Assembly: GCF_036321535.1 (NCBI RefSeq)
Contig: NC_087437.1
Coordinates: 53,756,001-53,820,000, forward strand
Reading direction: 5' to 3'
Origin: Camelus dromedarius
Taxonomy: Eukaryota
Length of the DNA stretch: 64,000 bases
In this document: positions 50,450 to 64,000 of the stretch, piece by piece
How positions within the stretch are numbered: the first letter of the stretch is position 1
Layout of the letters: every line of letters begins with the position of its first letter
Translations under genes and position numbers: made by a program
Notes under the pieces: model-generated
The model's database searches: none
What the model was told of the DNA's origin: nothing
Seen by the model: only the letters and a program-made list of their open reading frames with translations

Positions 50450-50883
50450 TGTTGCAGGCTCAATTGTATTCCCCAAAATGATGTGTTGAAGTCTGAACTT
50501 TTTGGACCTGACTTGACCTTCAGGACCTTCTAGGACCAAATAGGTTTTTGCCCATGCAGTTAGGTTAAGATGCTGGATTAGGGCAGACCCTAACCCAATG
50601 ACTGGTGTTCTTATAAGAAGAGGGAAGCTTGGATACAGAGACACACACAGAGGGAAGTGTGAAGACAGAGGCAGAGATTGGAGATATGTTGCCGCAGCCA
50701 GACGTGCCAAGGATTGCCAACAACTCCCAGGCAGCTAGAAGAGGCAAGTAAGGATTCTTCCCTACAGCCTTTGGAGGAGACATGGCCCTGCCAACACTTT
50801 GATTTCAGTCATCTGCCCTCCAGAACTGTAATAAACAACCAAATTTATGGTAAGTTTTATGGCAACCCTAGGGAATGAGTACA
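50450..50883 (+). mobile_element. MLT1-type (ERVL-MaLR) solo LTR
   Basis: tgttgcaggctcaattg...gagtaca, exact 5-bp TSD ctctg, hallmark atgactggtgttcttataagaagaggga. Confidence 0.88.
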
Positions 50884-50943
50884 CTCTGTAGAAAAGATCT
50901 TTCATTTGTAAAACAGTGAAAATAACAGTATTTATAAACCATA

Positions 50944-51450
50944 AGCATGGAAACAGCCTAAATGTCCATTAACAGATGACTGGATAAAGAAGATGTGGTA
51001 TATTTATACATTGGAATACTATTCAGCCATAAAAACCGACAACATAATGCCATCTCCATGGATGTTCCTGGAGAATGTCATTCTAAGTGAAGCAAGCCAG
51101 AAAGAGAAAGAAAAATACCATATGAGATCACTTATATGTGGAATCTAAAAAAACCAAAACATAAATACAAAACAGAAACAGACTCATAGACATAGAATAT
51201 AAACTTGTGGCTGCCAAGGGGGTGGGGGGTGGGAAGGGACAGACTGGGATTTCAAAATGTAGAATAGATAAATAAGATTATACTGTATAGCACAGGGAAA
51301 TATATACAAGATCTTATGGTAACTCACAGAGAAAAAAATGTGACAATGAATATATATATACGTTCATGTATAACTAAAAAATTGTGCTCTACATTGGAAT
51401 TTCACACAACATTGTAAAATGACTATAACTCAATAAAAAAGTGTAAAAAA
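50944..51450 (+). mobile_element. 5'-truncated lineage-specific L1 3' end, inserted into a MIR relic
   Basis: gactggataaagaagatgtggtatat...tactgtatagcacagggaaatat...gactataactcaataaaaaa plus A tail; TSD aaaccata at 50936-50943 and 51451-51458. Confidence 0.88.
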
Positions 51451-54149
51451 AAACCATAGGACTTTGTGAACATGACACAAGTTAATATATGTAAAATATT
51501 TAGAAAGGGACCTGAAATATAGTCAGCATTGTGTAGATTAGTAAGAAAAACAGGACCATTTTAGACAACTGAGATTTAGCCAACTGAGGTGACACTTTTC
51601 TGGACTCCTAGCTAAGTGGGACATGGGTAATTTCACATGTTTGGAGAAGAATAGGAGACTGAAACTATCCCTGGATACCCTCTTGTTTCCAGGTTTCCAC
51701 ACCTTCATTCCTAATCTCACTGGAGCCACCAGCACAGACATCCCTTTTTATGAGGTCCTGAGGTCCTAGGCTGACGGAGCAGGAAGGAAACCTAGGGAGT
51801 CCTCACAGCCGGGCTCATTTAGCAGGTGGCATCTTAGGTCCCTTTGGCTCTGTGCACTTTAAAAGCCTCCTAACAATCCTGGGAGGTGGGTCACATCGAA
51901 AGGATGTTACCCTAATTTTGAGAGGATTAGAGTAAGGGATCTCTAAAAGCTTTCATCCATAAAGGAATAGTGGTAAATCTAGGAATCCTTACACTTTCCT
52001 CTGTTTTAAAGGATTTCTCTAGATGTGCAAATTTAGGCCAGTGATTCAGTGACAGCACTGGGCCCAGGACTCCTGACTCACAAGTGAGTGCTCCATTGCT
52101 CTTCTAGTTGCCCTCAGCACAAGTGAGTCCCCTACAGGGACTGGGCCAGGGGTTAACAGCCAATCTTGCTACGTTATCCAGCTGCCGAAACTGGAGTTAA
52201 AGATCTTGAGAAGGAGCAAATTAAAAGTACCAGATGCCAGACAAGAACCTGAGACTAGTGGAAAATAGAGATGTGCGTGTGTGTGCATGTGTGTACTGCA
52301 TTTTGGAAGCTCTTGAAAGCCATTTAAGTAAAAATAGCACAGCTAGTGGGGTCAAGATTCAAGCTGGCCACATTTGAGAGGGGCTGCAGGCTCAAGTCAT
52401 TTGGCCATAAAATAATAATAATAACAACAACAACAATAATAATATTGTATTAGCAGTAGTAATAGTAGAGTCCTTCCCCCCAAACCCCTGCCGCTGTGTG
52501 GAACTTTCCAGTTGACTGGATATTTTCACCTTCTTTCTTTTCTTTGCTTCTTACGGCAGTCCTGCATTGAATGCACTTTAGGCAGACATTGTGATTCCAG
52601 GACCAGAGAGGTGACACGAGACCCCAAGGTTTCATAGCCTAGGAGTAGCAGATGAGACAAAATCCAGATGTCCTGACTTCCAGCCCTGGCTCAGTAATTG
52701 GAATCAGAGGACCGACCATGGGAGTTCAGAGATAGAAAGGCCATTAAAGGCTATCAAGAGCATCTCTTTCCTTTCTGAGGTGGGGAAACAGGCTCAGAGA
52801 AGTGGAGTAACTGGCTGAAAGTCACATGGCCAGATAATGGCAGAGCCAGGATTAGGGCCCAGTTATACTGATAGTCCCAATACAGTGTGTTTGTTAATCA
52901 TAGTAAAAATCAGAGCTAATAGAGCTGGGTGAGGCCCTAAGAAGGTATGTATTGTGTACATGCAAATGCTAGACTCCCTGAACAGAGTAAGGCCTGAGAC
53001 ACAGCTGGCAGCTCCTTAGAGTCCAAGAATCCCACTGTTACCAGGAGGGATTGCCCATTTGCTAGGAGGGCTCTGGGCAGAAAAGGACATGGTCTCCAGG
53101 CAGCAGAGTGTGGGGAGAAGAAAGAGCTGGCTGGGGAGGGGTGGCCCCAAGCTTGGGAGGCAGGCATCCCGCAGGTGGGAAACTGGCAGTGCCTACCATT
53201 TCAGTGGGGCAGGGCTGGGGGCTGTGGGCGGGATGAGTCTGGGAATCACGGTTGGGAAGGAGGGCCATGAAGGACTTCACTCTCATTTGCCCGGGAATGG
53301 CTTGGCCTCCCCACCTCACCCGTTCTGTGACTTCAGAGCTAGGCCCATTCACATGCAAATCCCCTCTGGGACTGGGAGGCTAAATTCCAAACTGTTCAGG
53401 ACTGGAAACTAGCCTGGGGACAGGCAAAAACAAAGCCTTGTTGTATCCCTCTGCCGCAGAGGCAGCCTGGCCAGCAGTATGTCACAGTCAGGACTGGGGT
53501 GAAAGCACTGATTAAGTAAGTGCTGAGCGAAGAGAAGGGACCCAGACCCGCCAGGAGCCAGTGTCGCCAGGCAGTTTCCAGGAATGTGCGAGCTGGCCTG
53601 TTAGCCACTGCTCAGGACCCTGCCCCGCCCCTTGCCTCGCCCTAGTGTACATCCTCAAATCTTCCCGTGGAAAATTTTCAACAGAGCTGGAATAGGGACC
53701 AGATGACTTGGATTCTGGTCACCGCTCTGCCATTCATATGTGTCACTTTAGCCTCACCAGGCAATGGTGCCCTGGAACTGGCTCGTATCAGCTTACAAGA
53801 GATTTTTGCGATGCTGTGGTTAAACATAGCCATCGTGAAAAATTCAGTTTCATAAACTTACAATTAAATTATATTAAAAGAAATAAATTATACAAAAACT
53901 CATCACTGTGCAACTGTTCTATCATTTAACTATGATTTCTGTTCTGAGGTTACTAATGTCTAGAATATCTGAATGGTGAATAGTGTGCTATTGCAGTACC
54001 TTCTCCTCCACCCACCCCCCAGTCCAGATCCCCTCGCTGATCATTTAAAGCACATGTTCAGGCCTCAATTTTCACAGACTAGTACTAGTACTAGGTGGAC
54101 GTTAATTCTATTCTCTAAGAGTCAGGAGGTCAAATAACACCAGGGCGTG

Positions 54150-54698
54150 AAAGCAGCCTGTAAAGTCTGCCATTGCCTATCAGCATTCAGCAGGGACCCT
54201 TTCCCAGATGCCCTAGCTAGCAGGCTGGCTCTTCCTGCTCCCAGCTCTGCCTCTCTGTCTTCACCTCCCATCCATGTCCTCCTGCTCCAGCCACACTGCT
54301 GTCCTTGCTGTTCATCAAACACACCAGGAACTTCCCCCCTTAGGGCCTTCGCACTGGCTCTTTCTGCTCCCAGGAAGAGTGGCTGACTTCCTCTATTTCT
54401 TTAATTTTCGCCTCAAATGTCACCCTTTTCACAAGGACCGCCTTGATCAACATATTGCAGTGGTAACTCTCATCCCAACTCATGTGAGCCTCTTTACCCT
54501 GCTCTATTTCATTTCTTTGTGAATCACCTTACTACCACTGTATAATTAACTTGTAAATTATATTTAGCGTTTATTGTCTGTTCCCCCCAGTGTAATGTAA
54601 ATACCCTGCCGACAGGGGTTTCTGTCTTAATTACCCCCACACCCCAAGCTCTAGTGAATGATAGGCATTCAATGAATATTTGTTGAATAAATAAATAT
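54150..54698 (+). mobile_element. L2 LINE 3' end
   Basis: ctccagccacactg...cttagggccttcgcactggct...ggcattcaatgaatatttgttgaataaataaat. Confidence 0.75.
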
Positions 54699-56538
54699 CT
54701 CCCCTTCCCTACTTTTTCTTCTATGAGCACGCCAAAGTAAACTCAAGCCCTGCTTTTTATCAAGGTTTGTCTGAGAGCAACCTGTGTACACATAAGCACA
54801 CAGATTTGCACACCAGGTTACACCTGTCCCCATGTTCTGCCCCAGGGCTGGGACCTTCCTTCTGTTTTCTATCACTACAGAGCCTGTGCTGTTGGCACTT
54901 GCTACCTAAAATAAGCTTCCGTTACACTTTTCTGAAGCTCATTTTCACTTCCTGATTCTTCTGAATCAGCTAGAATTGGTTTTGGGACCTGGTGTCTCTG
55001 GAGTGGAACAACTCCACTAGGGAATACAATTGAAATTCATGAGAAACATTTACCCAATTCTCTTTTTCTTCAGGGGTAAGCCCTCCTGTCTACTCCCAGA
55101 AAACGAGCAGAGCTGTGGCAGCAGCTGAAGGTCGAGGGCATGCTCTGAGTAAAAACAGAGCATTGCACAGAAATTAGGAGCGGGGGTCAGAGGAGTCAGT
55201 CTTGGAGCAGGGCCATGGGAGGGACTTATCTCTCAGTTACACAGCAGGATGCAGACTGACCCAATGAAGCCTGGGAAGGGAGCATCTGGAAGGTCTTGGA
55301 GAGGCCAGCCAGTCCAATTTCCTCGTTGGGCAGATGGAGAAATGGAGGCCCAGAGCAGAAAATTGACTTGCTCATTGTCTCAGCAGGAGTCAGTGGCTAA
55401 TTTCTAGACCAGAGGCCTTTCCTTTATGCTCACCGCCAGGAGATACATGCTTTTTCCTGATCTATCCCCGGGACTGTGCTCACTACCAGAAATAAACACA
55501 GACATAGGCCCTGAACTCATGGGGCTGACAGTCTAGTGCAATGACCTTGAGTTCGCCATTAGAACTTGCGGACCACAAACAGATTATAAATAGAGTACTT
55601 TCCCATCCTTCAGAGCTCAGACTCCATTTCCTATTATTTTTGTAAAATATTTTTTTCTCTCTAAGTCAGGATAAAAAAGAAAGTTCTTTATTTAATAAAA
55701 TAAAGTTCTCTAGACTACAAAAGGACCCTCAAGTTCCTTCAGTTTTATGAACTTTTACTAAATTTCCCTTATAGCCAGGAAGCACATCAAAATCCCTACC
55801 AGGATAAAAGCTGCTCTGAGAAGGGCCCAGTGGAGAGACAAGATCATGACTTGGGAGTAGGAAGACCAGAAATGGAGACCCGGCTTGGCTATAAAGACTT
55901 GGACAAATCTGCTCAAGCTCTTGATGCTCATCGTCCTTTCCTATAAATTATGTGTAATAATCCCTGCTCTCCCTAGTCCATGAGAATCACAGGAGGCAAT
56001 AGATCAGAAAGTGCCATAAACGTGTGTTACCGCAAGGTGAACACACAGGAGAAATAAGCAACTGCCTGCATTTGATTGTCCTTTCAAAGTACTTTTTCCA
56101 TAAATTGCCTGAAAAAACTGAGTGACATGAGCAAGGTCATAGACAGCCAGTTAGTGGTAGAGTCAGAGCCGATGAGAAGACTGACACTCACTGAGCATCC
56201 ATCACACCAGCAGGCTCATTAGTGCTCACACCCTTGCCATCATTGCCACTATAGTACTACTCACTGAGCTAATTCCACAGGTGTTAGACATCTGTCAATA
56301 AAGCATTTACCTACTTGGGTTCACAATAGGCCCAGGAGATAGGCATTATTACTATCCTTATTTACTGGAAGAAGTGGAAGCAGGACCTGACTCCAGGTCT
56401 CACTGGCTCTAGAGCCTGATCTCTGAAACATTAGGCATGATTGCCTTTTGCAGTACTGATTCCACTCATCACTGTCATTTCATTTAAACCCTCTATAACC
56501 CATGAGAAAGATACTACATCGTCAAGAACATCTTTTTT

Positions 56539-56805
56539 AGGAATAAATTAGGAGTTTGGGATTAACATATACACACTACTATATATACAACAGAAAAATA
56601 ACAAGGACCTACTGTATAGCACAGGGAACTATATTCAGTATCTTGTAGTAACCTATAATGGAAAAGAATCTGAAAAATAATATATATAAAATTGAATCAC
56701 TTTGTTGTACACCTGAAACTAATGCAACATTGTAAACCAACTACACTGCAGTAAAAAAAAAAAAAAAAGTAAAAAAAAAAAAAAAACCAACAAAAAAACC
56801 CCCAA
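56539..56805 (+). mobile_element. 5'-truncated L1 3' end with long A-rich tail
   Basis: aaattaggagtttgggattaac...aaggacctactgtatagcacagggaactatattc; 15-bp TSD aagaac[a/g]tctttttt at 56524-56538 and 56806-56820. Confidence 0.88.
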
Positions 56806-59800
56806 AAGAACGTCTTTTTTTGGTAACAATGACAAAATCAATGTTTAGGGAGATTGGAAAGCTTAGGAAATTGCACTGTTAAATTCCTATTTACCCTTCG
56901 AGATTTATCTCAAATATCAACTATTTCCAAAGCCTTTCTTCAACACCCAGAAATGACCACACCACAACTTACACACATACCCTTGTGTTGCTTTGCCCAG
57001 CTTTAACTTATTAATTATATACTTGTCTCATAACACATGATGAAATCTGTAAATTCCTGGAGGGCAGGTACTGTCTCACTCATCTTCATGAGCCCTGTCT
57101 TTGATGCAGTGTCCAGCTTATGGTGGGTTTTCAATAGGATTCTTGGACTTCATTCCAAAGACAGCAGGGAACCATCGAAAGGTTTTGAGAGTGGCACAAT
57201 AAAAGCAATGTTTAAGAAGATCTCCCCGGGTACATGTAGAGGGGGGACTGGCTGGGGAAAGACTGACAGCTGGTAGACATTTAGGAAGCTATTGCAATAA
57301 ATTAGGTGAGAGGAATAAGAATTGGAACAAGGGGTTAACGGTGGAAAGAATGGAAGAAATGTTGAATATATTTAGATTATGGGGTTAAGGGGAGAAAAGT
57401 GGCATTGCATCACATGAGCATTTAACAGGTGCCAGTTGAGCTACACGCACTCAATCAGAGAAGGAGAAAAAGGGAGAGACAATAAAAATCTGTGTTTTAC
57501 TGCATTTACCAAACGCAGGTTTTTATTATCTCCTTTTCCAATGAACAGATGCCATGAAGCGAACTTGAAAATAGGACATGTGAACCTGCTGTTCCCTTGG
57601 TGGTTCTGGTTTCTGAGTACAATTTTCAGTAACTATAGCTCCAGGGCTCCTTTCTCAGCAAAAGTCGACCACTGCATCTGATACTCAACCAAAAGGACTG
57701 TAACTTGTTGCATTTCTGGGGGAAAAAAGTCTCTTCTGGACATTCTAAAAGACCGTGCTCTGCCATATTTAAGAGACTGAATAAGTTTGCCTATAGGCAA
57801 TGTTTGCCTTACATTCCACTTAACTTACATTACATTACACTTAAAAACCTAAGCATCCATAAATGGGACTCCACTGTCGCATAACATTTTTAAAAGAAGA
57901 AAAGACTGAAAGTTTTGAGATATAAATTCTGGTCCCAGTGTGACTTGGGCTTGTCATGATGATCGTGGGGTTGAACACGATTCCTGAGGTCTTAGCTGCA
58001 TACACTATCAACACTAGGTGGGCCTTAGGGAGCAGCATGTTCAACCCTCCATATCTGAGAGACGAGGAAACAGAGTCCTCTCTAAAACTAGTCACTCGCC
58101 CAGGGTTACTTAGAGAATGACAAAGAATCCAGGCCTCCCAACTGCCTGGCCAGCATCTGTGCTCTGCCCCTTGCCTACAGTGTTAACCAGCTGTGATTCC
58201 TTTGTCTCATCTGTGCGCTGCAGGAATCCACACACTGCAGCCACATTCCAAGGAAGCAGATGCTGTTGTGCAGATGTGCATGTGCCTTGAAGACCAATGA
58301 CTGCGGGAAATCAGGCTGGAGAGGAATTTTCATCAAATGAGAGCATCTGGACCACAGCCTTAGGGTCCTGCTCTTCTTCAAGCTACCGATGTGCTGTGTC
58401 AGCAGTTCTGTCATCATCAATCTGATGGGCCAGGATGGGAAGGGCAGTCTGTGGACTGGGGCTGGGTCGGAAAGGATTCCTGTGAGCTGGAGGGTCCTTT
58501 AAACCCACTCCTAGGCCTGCCAGGGGGATTCAGTCAAAGAGTGAAAAAGCCTTAAAACAGAGGATATTATCCCATCAAACGGAAATGAGTGATATTTAAA
58601 GTTCCTTGGAAAAGGACAGTGCTAGCATGATACATTTACAAGTTTTCTTTAAATGATGTGTCACTAAGGCATCCCCACCAGACTGTCATCTCTTAATGGA
58701 GTGCTTATGACCACGGAACTTTGAGAAGTCACCATTGTAACAAATTATTACCATTTCCTGGCATCACCCTAACTAGGATAATGAGGGCTTAGTGGGGTAA
58801 TCTGGCAAGCTCTGGCAAGGAGAATTAGGATTAAAATTCTGCAATTTAAGGGACTTCAGGGATCATCTCATCTCACCCTCTCATGGAACATATGAAAAAA
58901 CAGACTTTTGGAAAGAGGTGCTGACTTACCCAAAGATGACATGGCATGCTCATGCTTTACTCAGGCAAAAAGGGAAGAGCCACCTTCTCATTTATAGCCA
59001 GGAAAGCCACTCATTCTACTAGTGGAGGCTTAGGGGGAAGAATGCAATTAGAAAAAGTCAGTGGGTTTTGACTGGAAGGCTTCTCACAGGTGAGAGCACT
59101 AATCTTGTCCCTGAACTGGGGAACTTAGGCAATATTCAAGCTATAATTCCTGCAAGGTGTGATCTTCAGGTGAACCAAGGAGAATGAGTGAGCTAGTGAG
59201 CTTCTGAGCTACCTTCAGCCCCACTTCTGTTTTCTATATCAAGCCTGCTAGAAGATTTGTTAGAAGGAAATGTTCACTGGGGAGAAAATATTTGAAAAAC
59301 AATAACAACAACATGGGACTAGGGGGGTCTCCAGAGGGCCCCTGCGGCTTGACATTCTGTGAGATCTTGAGTCCAGTAGGGGAACTCTGCCTGGCATGTA
59401 TGGGGAAGGCACAGAGCCTGTCTCCACAGGGGCACTGGTTGTCAGCCGACAGAGTGCAGTGTCCTGCCAGCGATGGACTGCTCAGACCCACGGCTGCTGG
59501 AACCTCTGTGGGGAGGCCAGTGCCAGTGCTGAGATGACATTCTGGAAGGAATTGGGCCGTGCAGGCCCAAGCAAAGAAATATCTCATGCCCTCCCTGCCC
59601 AGTATGTTAATCCTTTCTTCTAAAGGAATTGAAAAATGTGTTTAAATCAGAGATACAAGAACTGGAGGTCCCTTCAGGCAGGCAGCTCAGCCTCATGCAG
59701 ACTGCTTCTTTACTATGCCCAGAGGTCACAAGTCTAATTTTGGAGCAGAGAGAGTGCTCAAAAATTGTACTGTCTACTCCAGATCATTTGAAAGTTAGTG

Positions 59801-60305
59801 TCAGATCTGGGACTAGAACAGGCATTTCCTGAATCCCAGGGAAGAACCCAAGATCATGCTGCCCTTCCAGAGGGCCTAGTTCCATCTCCCTGGGCTTTCA
59901 GGAAGGTGTCTCACCACCCTGGATTGAAACCATCGATCAGTTTCCAAAATATCCTCCAGCCAGAAAGGCCAAGCTTTGGGTAGAAATGTATTGCAGTGTC
60001 CTTAATTGAGGGTCAGAAGATGTCTTCAGATTCTATTGTTTTCCTTGAAAAGTATCATTTTTTTCACTACAAAATGTAGCTGATGTCAACTCCTTAATTT
60101 GCCTTGCCAGGGGGATGCAATTTATTTAGGGCAAAGGAATTAGTTAAATCCTCTATTGTGTGTTTATTATCTTGATAAAGGAGTCCTAACAAGTCAGACT
60201 TGGCATCTGTCTGAAAAGAGGAGAACTTGCAAGAAATGATTGCATATGAATTGAAATCAATTCTTGAGGTGGAGGTAGGAGGGGATAATGAAAATAAGTC
60301 ACTGT

Positions 60306-60941
60306 TGATCCAGCAATCCCACTCCTGGGCATGTATCCAGAAGAAATTCTAATTAGAAAAGATACATGCACCCCAATATGCATAGTAGCACTATTCATAA
60401 TAGCCAAGACATGGAAGCAACCTAAACATCCATTGACAGATGACTGGATAAAGAAGATGTAGTGTATATACATAATGGAATATTACTCAGCCATAAAAAG
60501 AATGAAATAATGCCATTTGCAGAAACATGGATGGACCTGGAGATTATTAAACTAAGTGAAATAAGTCAGACAGAGAAAGACAAACATAATATGATATTAT
60601 TTCTATGTGGAATCTAAAAAAATGACATGAAGGAACTTATTTACAAGACAGAAAGAGACTCACAGACAGAAAACAAACTTATGGTTACCAAAGGGGAAAG
60701 GGGTGAGAGGGATAAATTAGGAGTTTGGGACTAGCAGATACTAACTACTATATACAAAATAGATAAACAACAAGGTCCTACTGTATAGCACAGGGAACTA
60801 CATTCAATATCTTGTAACAACATATAATGAAAAAGAATATGAATAAGAATATATGTGTATGTGTAACCAAATCACTATGCTGTACACCAAAAACTAACAA
60901 CATTGTAAATCAATTATACTTCAATTAAAAAAAATTAAAAA
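60306..60941 (+). mobile_element. 5'-truncated L1 (ORF2 end and 3' UTR)
   Basis: gatccagcaatcccactcctgggcat...tatagcacagggaactac...tatacttcaattaaaaaa; 16-bp TSD gaaaataagtca[c/t]tgt at 60290-60305 and 60942-60957. Confidence 0.9.
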
Positions 60942-61647
60942 GAAAATAAGTCATTGTCACAGCTAAAGAAAATTAATTGTAATTTTTGTGGTCTTGAGTC
61001 TCAGCTACCAATAAAGGAAAGTGTTTCCACTGACAAAATTTCTAGATGGTTGACATGTTTAAAAGTAGAGAAAAAAGCAATTAGGAAGTTCATCTAGTCT
61101 TGTTTAAATCTATGGAACTTACTGCTGTATTAAGCCAATGTTTGGTCATTTTCCTTCTACTAAGTTCACTTTCCAACCCAAATATTTGAGAATATCATGT
61201 TTTTATGGCCAGCATTAGCTAGGGGAATGGGCTGGGGGATTCTGCTAATCTAATGCCCCTTACTCAGAATGTATCTTCTCCTGGGGTTTGGAAGACATAA
61301 CTCACCTGTTTGAAAAATATCTCCATTTAAGGTGATGAACACTTGGGGTCCCAGTGAACACTCCCTGCTTGATCCTTGCGACTGAGATGTTGGCTCCATT
61401 TTTAATGAATTTACAGAAACTATACATCAGTCTAGATGACCAACCCTCATCATTTCTTAGAGTTACCAACTCTACCTCTTCTCATTCTTTATCTGTCAAG
61501 TCTTTTATTGTCATTACTATTTTCCACCTTGTGCAATGGCTATTTTTCTAGGCTCATCTCTCTTTTTAAGGGACTAGATCTTTAGTGTCCTGAAGTTCTC
61601 ACAGTTCCTAGCACAGGACATTCAAAGAAGGGTAGCATTCCATAGAG

Positions 61648-61861
61648 CAATTGTTCTCAAATGGGGAGATTTTTGCACCTTTCAGGGATATTGGTAACTG
61701 CTGGAGACATTTTTGGTTGTCACAACTGGAGGGGAGGTGCCATTGGGATCTAGTGAGTAGAAACCAGAACACTGCTAAAAATCCTCTAATTCTCAAAACA
61801 GCTTTCTTCAGCAAAGAATTATCTGACTCAAAATGTTAATAGTGCTGAAACTGAGAAACTG
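61648..61861. mobile_element. MER20-like hAT-Charlie element
   Basis: ctggagacatttttggttgtcacaactgg...caaaatgttaatagtgctgaaactgagaaactg; 8-bp TSD ccat[a/g]gag. Confidence 0.8.
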
Positions 61862-62094
61862 CCATGGAGCACCAATTTTAGAAAGTTTTTAGGTCCGAAA
61901 CTGCTGTAAATGGGATACTTGATGCATACTCAACATCTATAATCAGTAACACTCAACATTTAAAATGAGTTTAATCAGGGTAGGGGTTCACATTTCCACT
62001 CATTTGGCCTCTCCCCGTCCTCCATCCTGCAGTGGTCTTGTAAGCCCCTGCAGTATTCTGGGGCTGGTGGAATAGTTTTGAACAGCTTGGTAGA

Positions 62095-62300
62095 GCCAGA
62101 AAAGCACAGGTTTGAAAGTCACAAGACATGGGTTTGGAGTCTTAATCCATCATTTACTAGCTGTACAATCTTGGGTGCACTGCTTCACCTTCTTGGATTT
62201 GTTTCTTTGCCTATAAATTGGATAGTAATACCTGCCTTATAGGATTGTTTCAAAGATTGAATGAACTTACGTGTGTAAAAGCACCTTGCAAACACACTAC
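62095..62300 (+). mobile_element. MIR SINE
   Basis: catttactagctgtacaatcttggg...gtaatacctgccttataggattgtt...gtgtaaaagcacct. Confidence 0.65.
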
Positions 62301-63258
62301 ATTGTTGTTAATCAAACATTCTGGTTAATATAACATTAACTCTTGTTGAATTACTGGCTTTAAAAACACGAGACTATATTAATACCAAAAATACAGAAAA
62401 TCTACTCTAAAGTGATTTGATGAAAGCCTCTTCCAGGAAGCCAGAGAGGATTTGGAGAGTAGGTTCTCAGGTCTCCACATCCTTTTGAACCAGATACAAC
62501 CTTAATAAACTTGATCTCTCAGAAGGACTCCAAGTTTTCTAGCCCCACTTTTAAAGGAGAATAGCTTCCCATCCATGGCATTGTTTGTGGGTTCTCCCTA
62601 AATTCCAGAACATGTTGTTTTGATGTTGTAATCATTTCTTGATCCTTTTTCATTTGTTTTTCACATCCACCTCTGATAGTGACCCCCACCCTTGCCCATA
62701 CCCTTTGCTGATAAAATCCAAACTCTAGCATCTTCAAGACCCTTCAGAATCTCACCCCAATCCAACCTTCCAACTTCACCTCCTACTGTCCCCTACTGCA
62801 TACCCCGTATTTTCCAGACACTTGATCATTACCTAGAGAACTGGGCAATGATTTCTAATGCTTCAGCTTTGGATATAATTATAGCTTACTCTGATTAATG
62901 CTTATTCTGGGGTCTCTGCCCTTTTCTGCCTGTTGAATTAAAGATGACATTGGAGCAGTGGTTAGTGGAAACATTAAAGACTTCGAGAACAGAAAGGAAA
63001 AGGGAAGGTTGTGTCTGGCTGAGTCACACTTTGTCAGCCTCAGTTTTCCTCAAGGTACTTTCTAGGTCTAGCTACTCAGCCTGCACCTAGCATACCACCC
63101 CCAACCTCCATTCCTCATGTTGTAACACTGTATGTCTCCCTCACTAGACTGCCAGCCTGGGAAGTTAAAACAGCATCTAATTCATCCAGGCTCCTCTAAC
63201 TCTCAGCAGATTCTCTAGTAGAGAACCTGGCCCAGTTAGGGACTACCAGGGGTCTCAC

Positions 63259-63490
63259 CTTCACATAGTCATATTCACATAGGTAGGAGGATTCCAAGTT
63301 GAAGTGCATGAAGTAAAGCTTGATCCGAAATCCCTCTGGGACAGTGATATTCCAAGTCACCTCCGAATCACTTGGATAGGAGTCTGGATAGCCAGGCGAC
63401 TGGATCTGGCCAAACATATTGTTAAGCTCCACGATGTGGGCCGAAGCCTTCAACAAGGAGAAGCACAGAGCATGACAGAGAAGGAGCCAC
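63259..63490 (-). CDS. MASP1: MASP1 exon 2: signal peptide and first part of CUB1
   Basis: tttttcag|GTGGCTCC...TATGTGAAG|gtgaga; 232 nt; WLLLCHALCFSLLKASAHIVELNNMFGQIQSPGYPDSYPSDSEVTWNITVP...LCEYDYVK. Confidence 0.97.
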
Positions 63491-63877
63491 CTGAAAAACA
63501 TACATAGATTAACGCACATTCATGGACACAGGTCTTTGCCATTTAACTAAATCAACAGCTGAGAGACCAAGTTCCCAGCATATCTGTGCCACTGACCTGC
63601 TGCAGGGACTTCCCTTGTGCTGGGCCTTGCTTACCCAGGCTATAATACAGGAAGGTGCTAACTCAATTTCTTTCTTTCTTTTTTTTTATATTTCACTTTC
63701 TCAATTCATTGTTTCCATAGTTATTATCCATTCACAGAGTCTTAGAACAATTTTAAAACATTCCTCACAGAGGGATCAATTCCAGTATTCTTGATAAGAT
63801 GATTATTCAGGTTCAGCTTGAGCTGTTCTAATGATATAGTTAACTACTTCAAAAGTTACCTTATTTATTGCACAGCT

Positions 63878-64000
63878 AAGGATACCATCAACAAAACAAA
63901 AAGACAATCTACAGGATGGGAGAAAATATTTGCAAAATATGACTGACAAGAGACTAATTTTCAAAATAAACAAACAACTCATACACCTTAATATCAAAGA
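63878..64000 (+). mobile_element. L1 ORF2 fragment running off the window end
   Basis: accatcaacaaaacaaaaagacaatctacaggatgggagaaaatatttgcaaa. Confidence 0.8.

Larger units (their letters stand above)
7790..64000 (-). other. MASP1: MASP1 gene (MASP-1 / MASP-3 / MAp44), 5'-partial: exon 1 lies outside the window
   Basis: 17 coding exons in the order CUB1-EGF-CUB2-CCP1-(MAp44 tail)-CCP2-(MASP-3 protease)-(MASP-1 protease). MASP-1 exons sum to 2095 nt; adding the expected 5 nt of exon 1 gives 699 aa plus stop. The 3' boundary is approximate. Confidence 0.98.

Noticed and set aside
53040..53650. GC-rich intronic patch with a GC box (gccccgcccc)
   Set aside because: One motif without a CpG island or other evidence is not enough to call a promoter
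63491..63519. Start codons suggested by the ORF track upstream of exon 2
   Set aside because: They lie in intron 1, before the tttttcag acceptor; the real start is expected in exon 1 outside the window
1..64000. CRISPR arrays, tRNA or rRNA genes, prokaryote-type systems, or a second protein-coding gene
   Set aside because: None seen; the sequence is explained by MASP1 and mammalian interspersed repeats

Overview
Mammalian genomic DNA, probably from a cetartiodactyl and possibly a camelid, judged from the L1 3' ends. It holds almost the whole MASP1 locus (lectin pathway of complement) on the minus strand. Exons 2-18 were located by hand; each has canonical AG/GT splice sites and the phases are consistent. 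Exon 1 and the promoter lie beyond position 64000. Three alternative 3' ends are intact. MAp44/MAP-1 uses exons 2-8 plus terminal exon 9 at 32815-32867. MASP-3 uses exons 2-8, 10 and 11 plus a single-exon protease at 23195-24078. MASP-1 uses exons 2-8, 10 and 11 plus six protease exons at 8206-17592. Each end has its own candidate poly(A) signal. The rest is intronic or downstream sequence rich in L1, L2, MIR, LTR and hAT relics, several with readable target-site duplications (TSDs). No novel gene system was found. The best leads are a distant-branch-point module with MBNL, RBFOX and PTB-type motifs at the MAp44 acceptor, a MIR-derived MASP-1 poly(A) signal, substitutions near the MASP-1 specificity pocket, a gained N-glycosylation sequon and an unexplained ~165-bp hairpin downstream. 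Human residue comparisons and repeat family names are from memory and need confirming by alignment.
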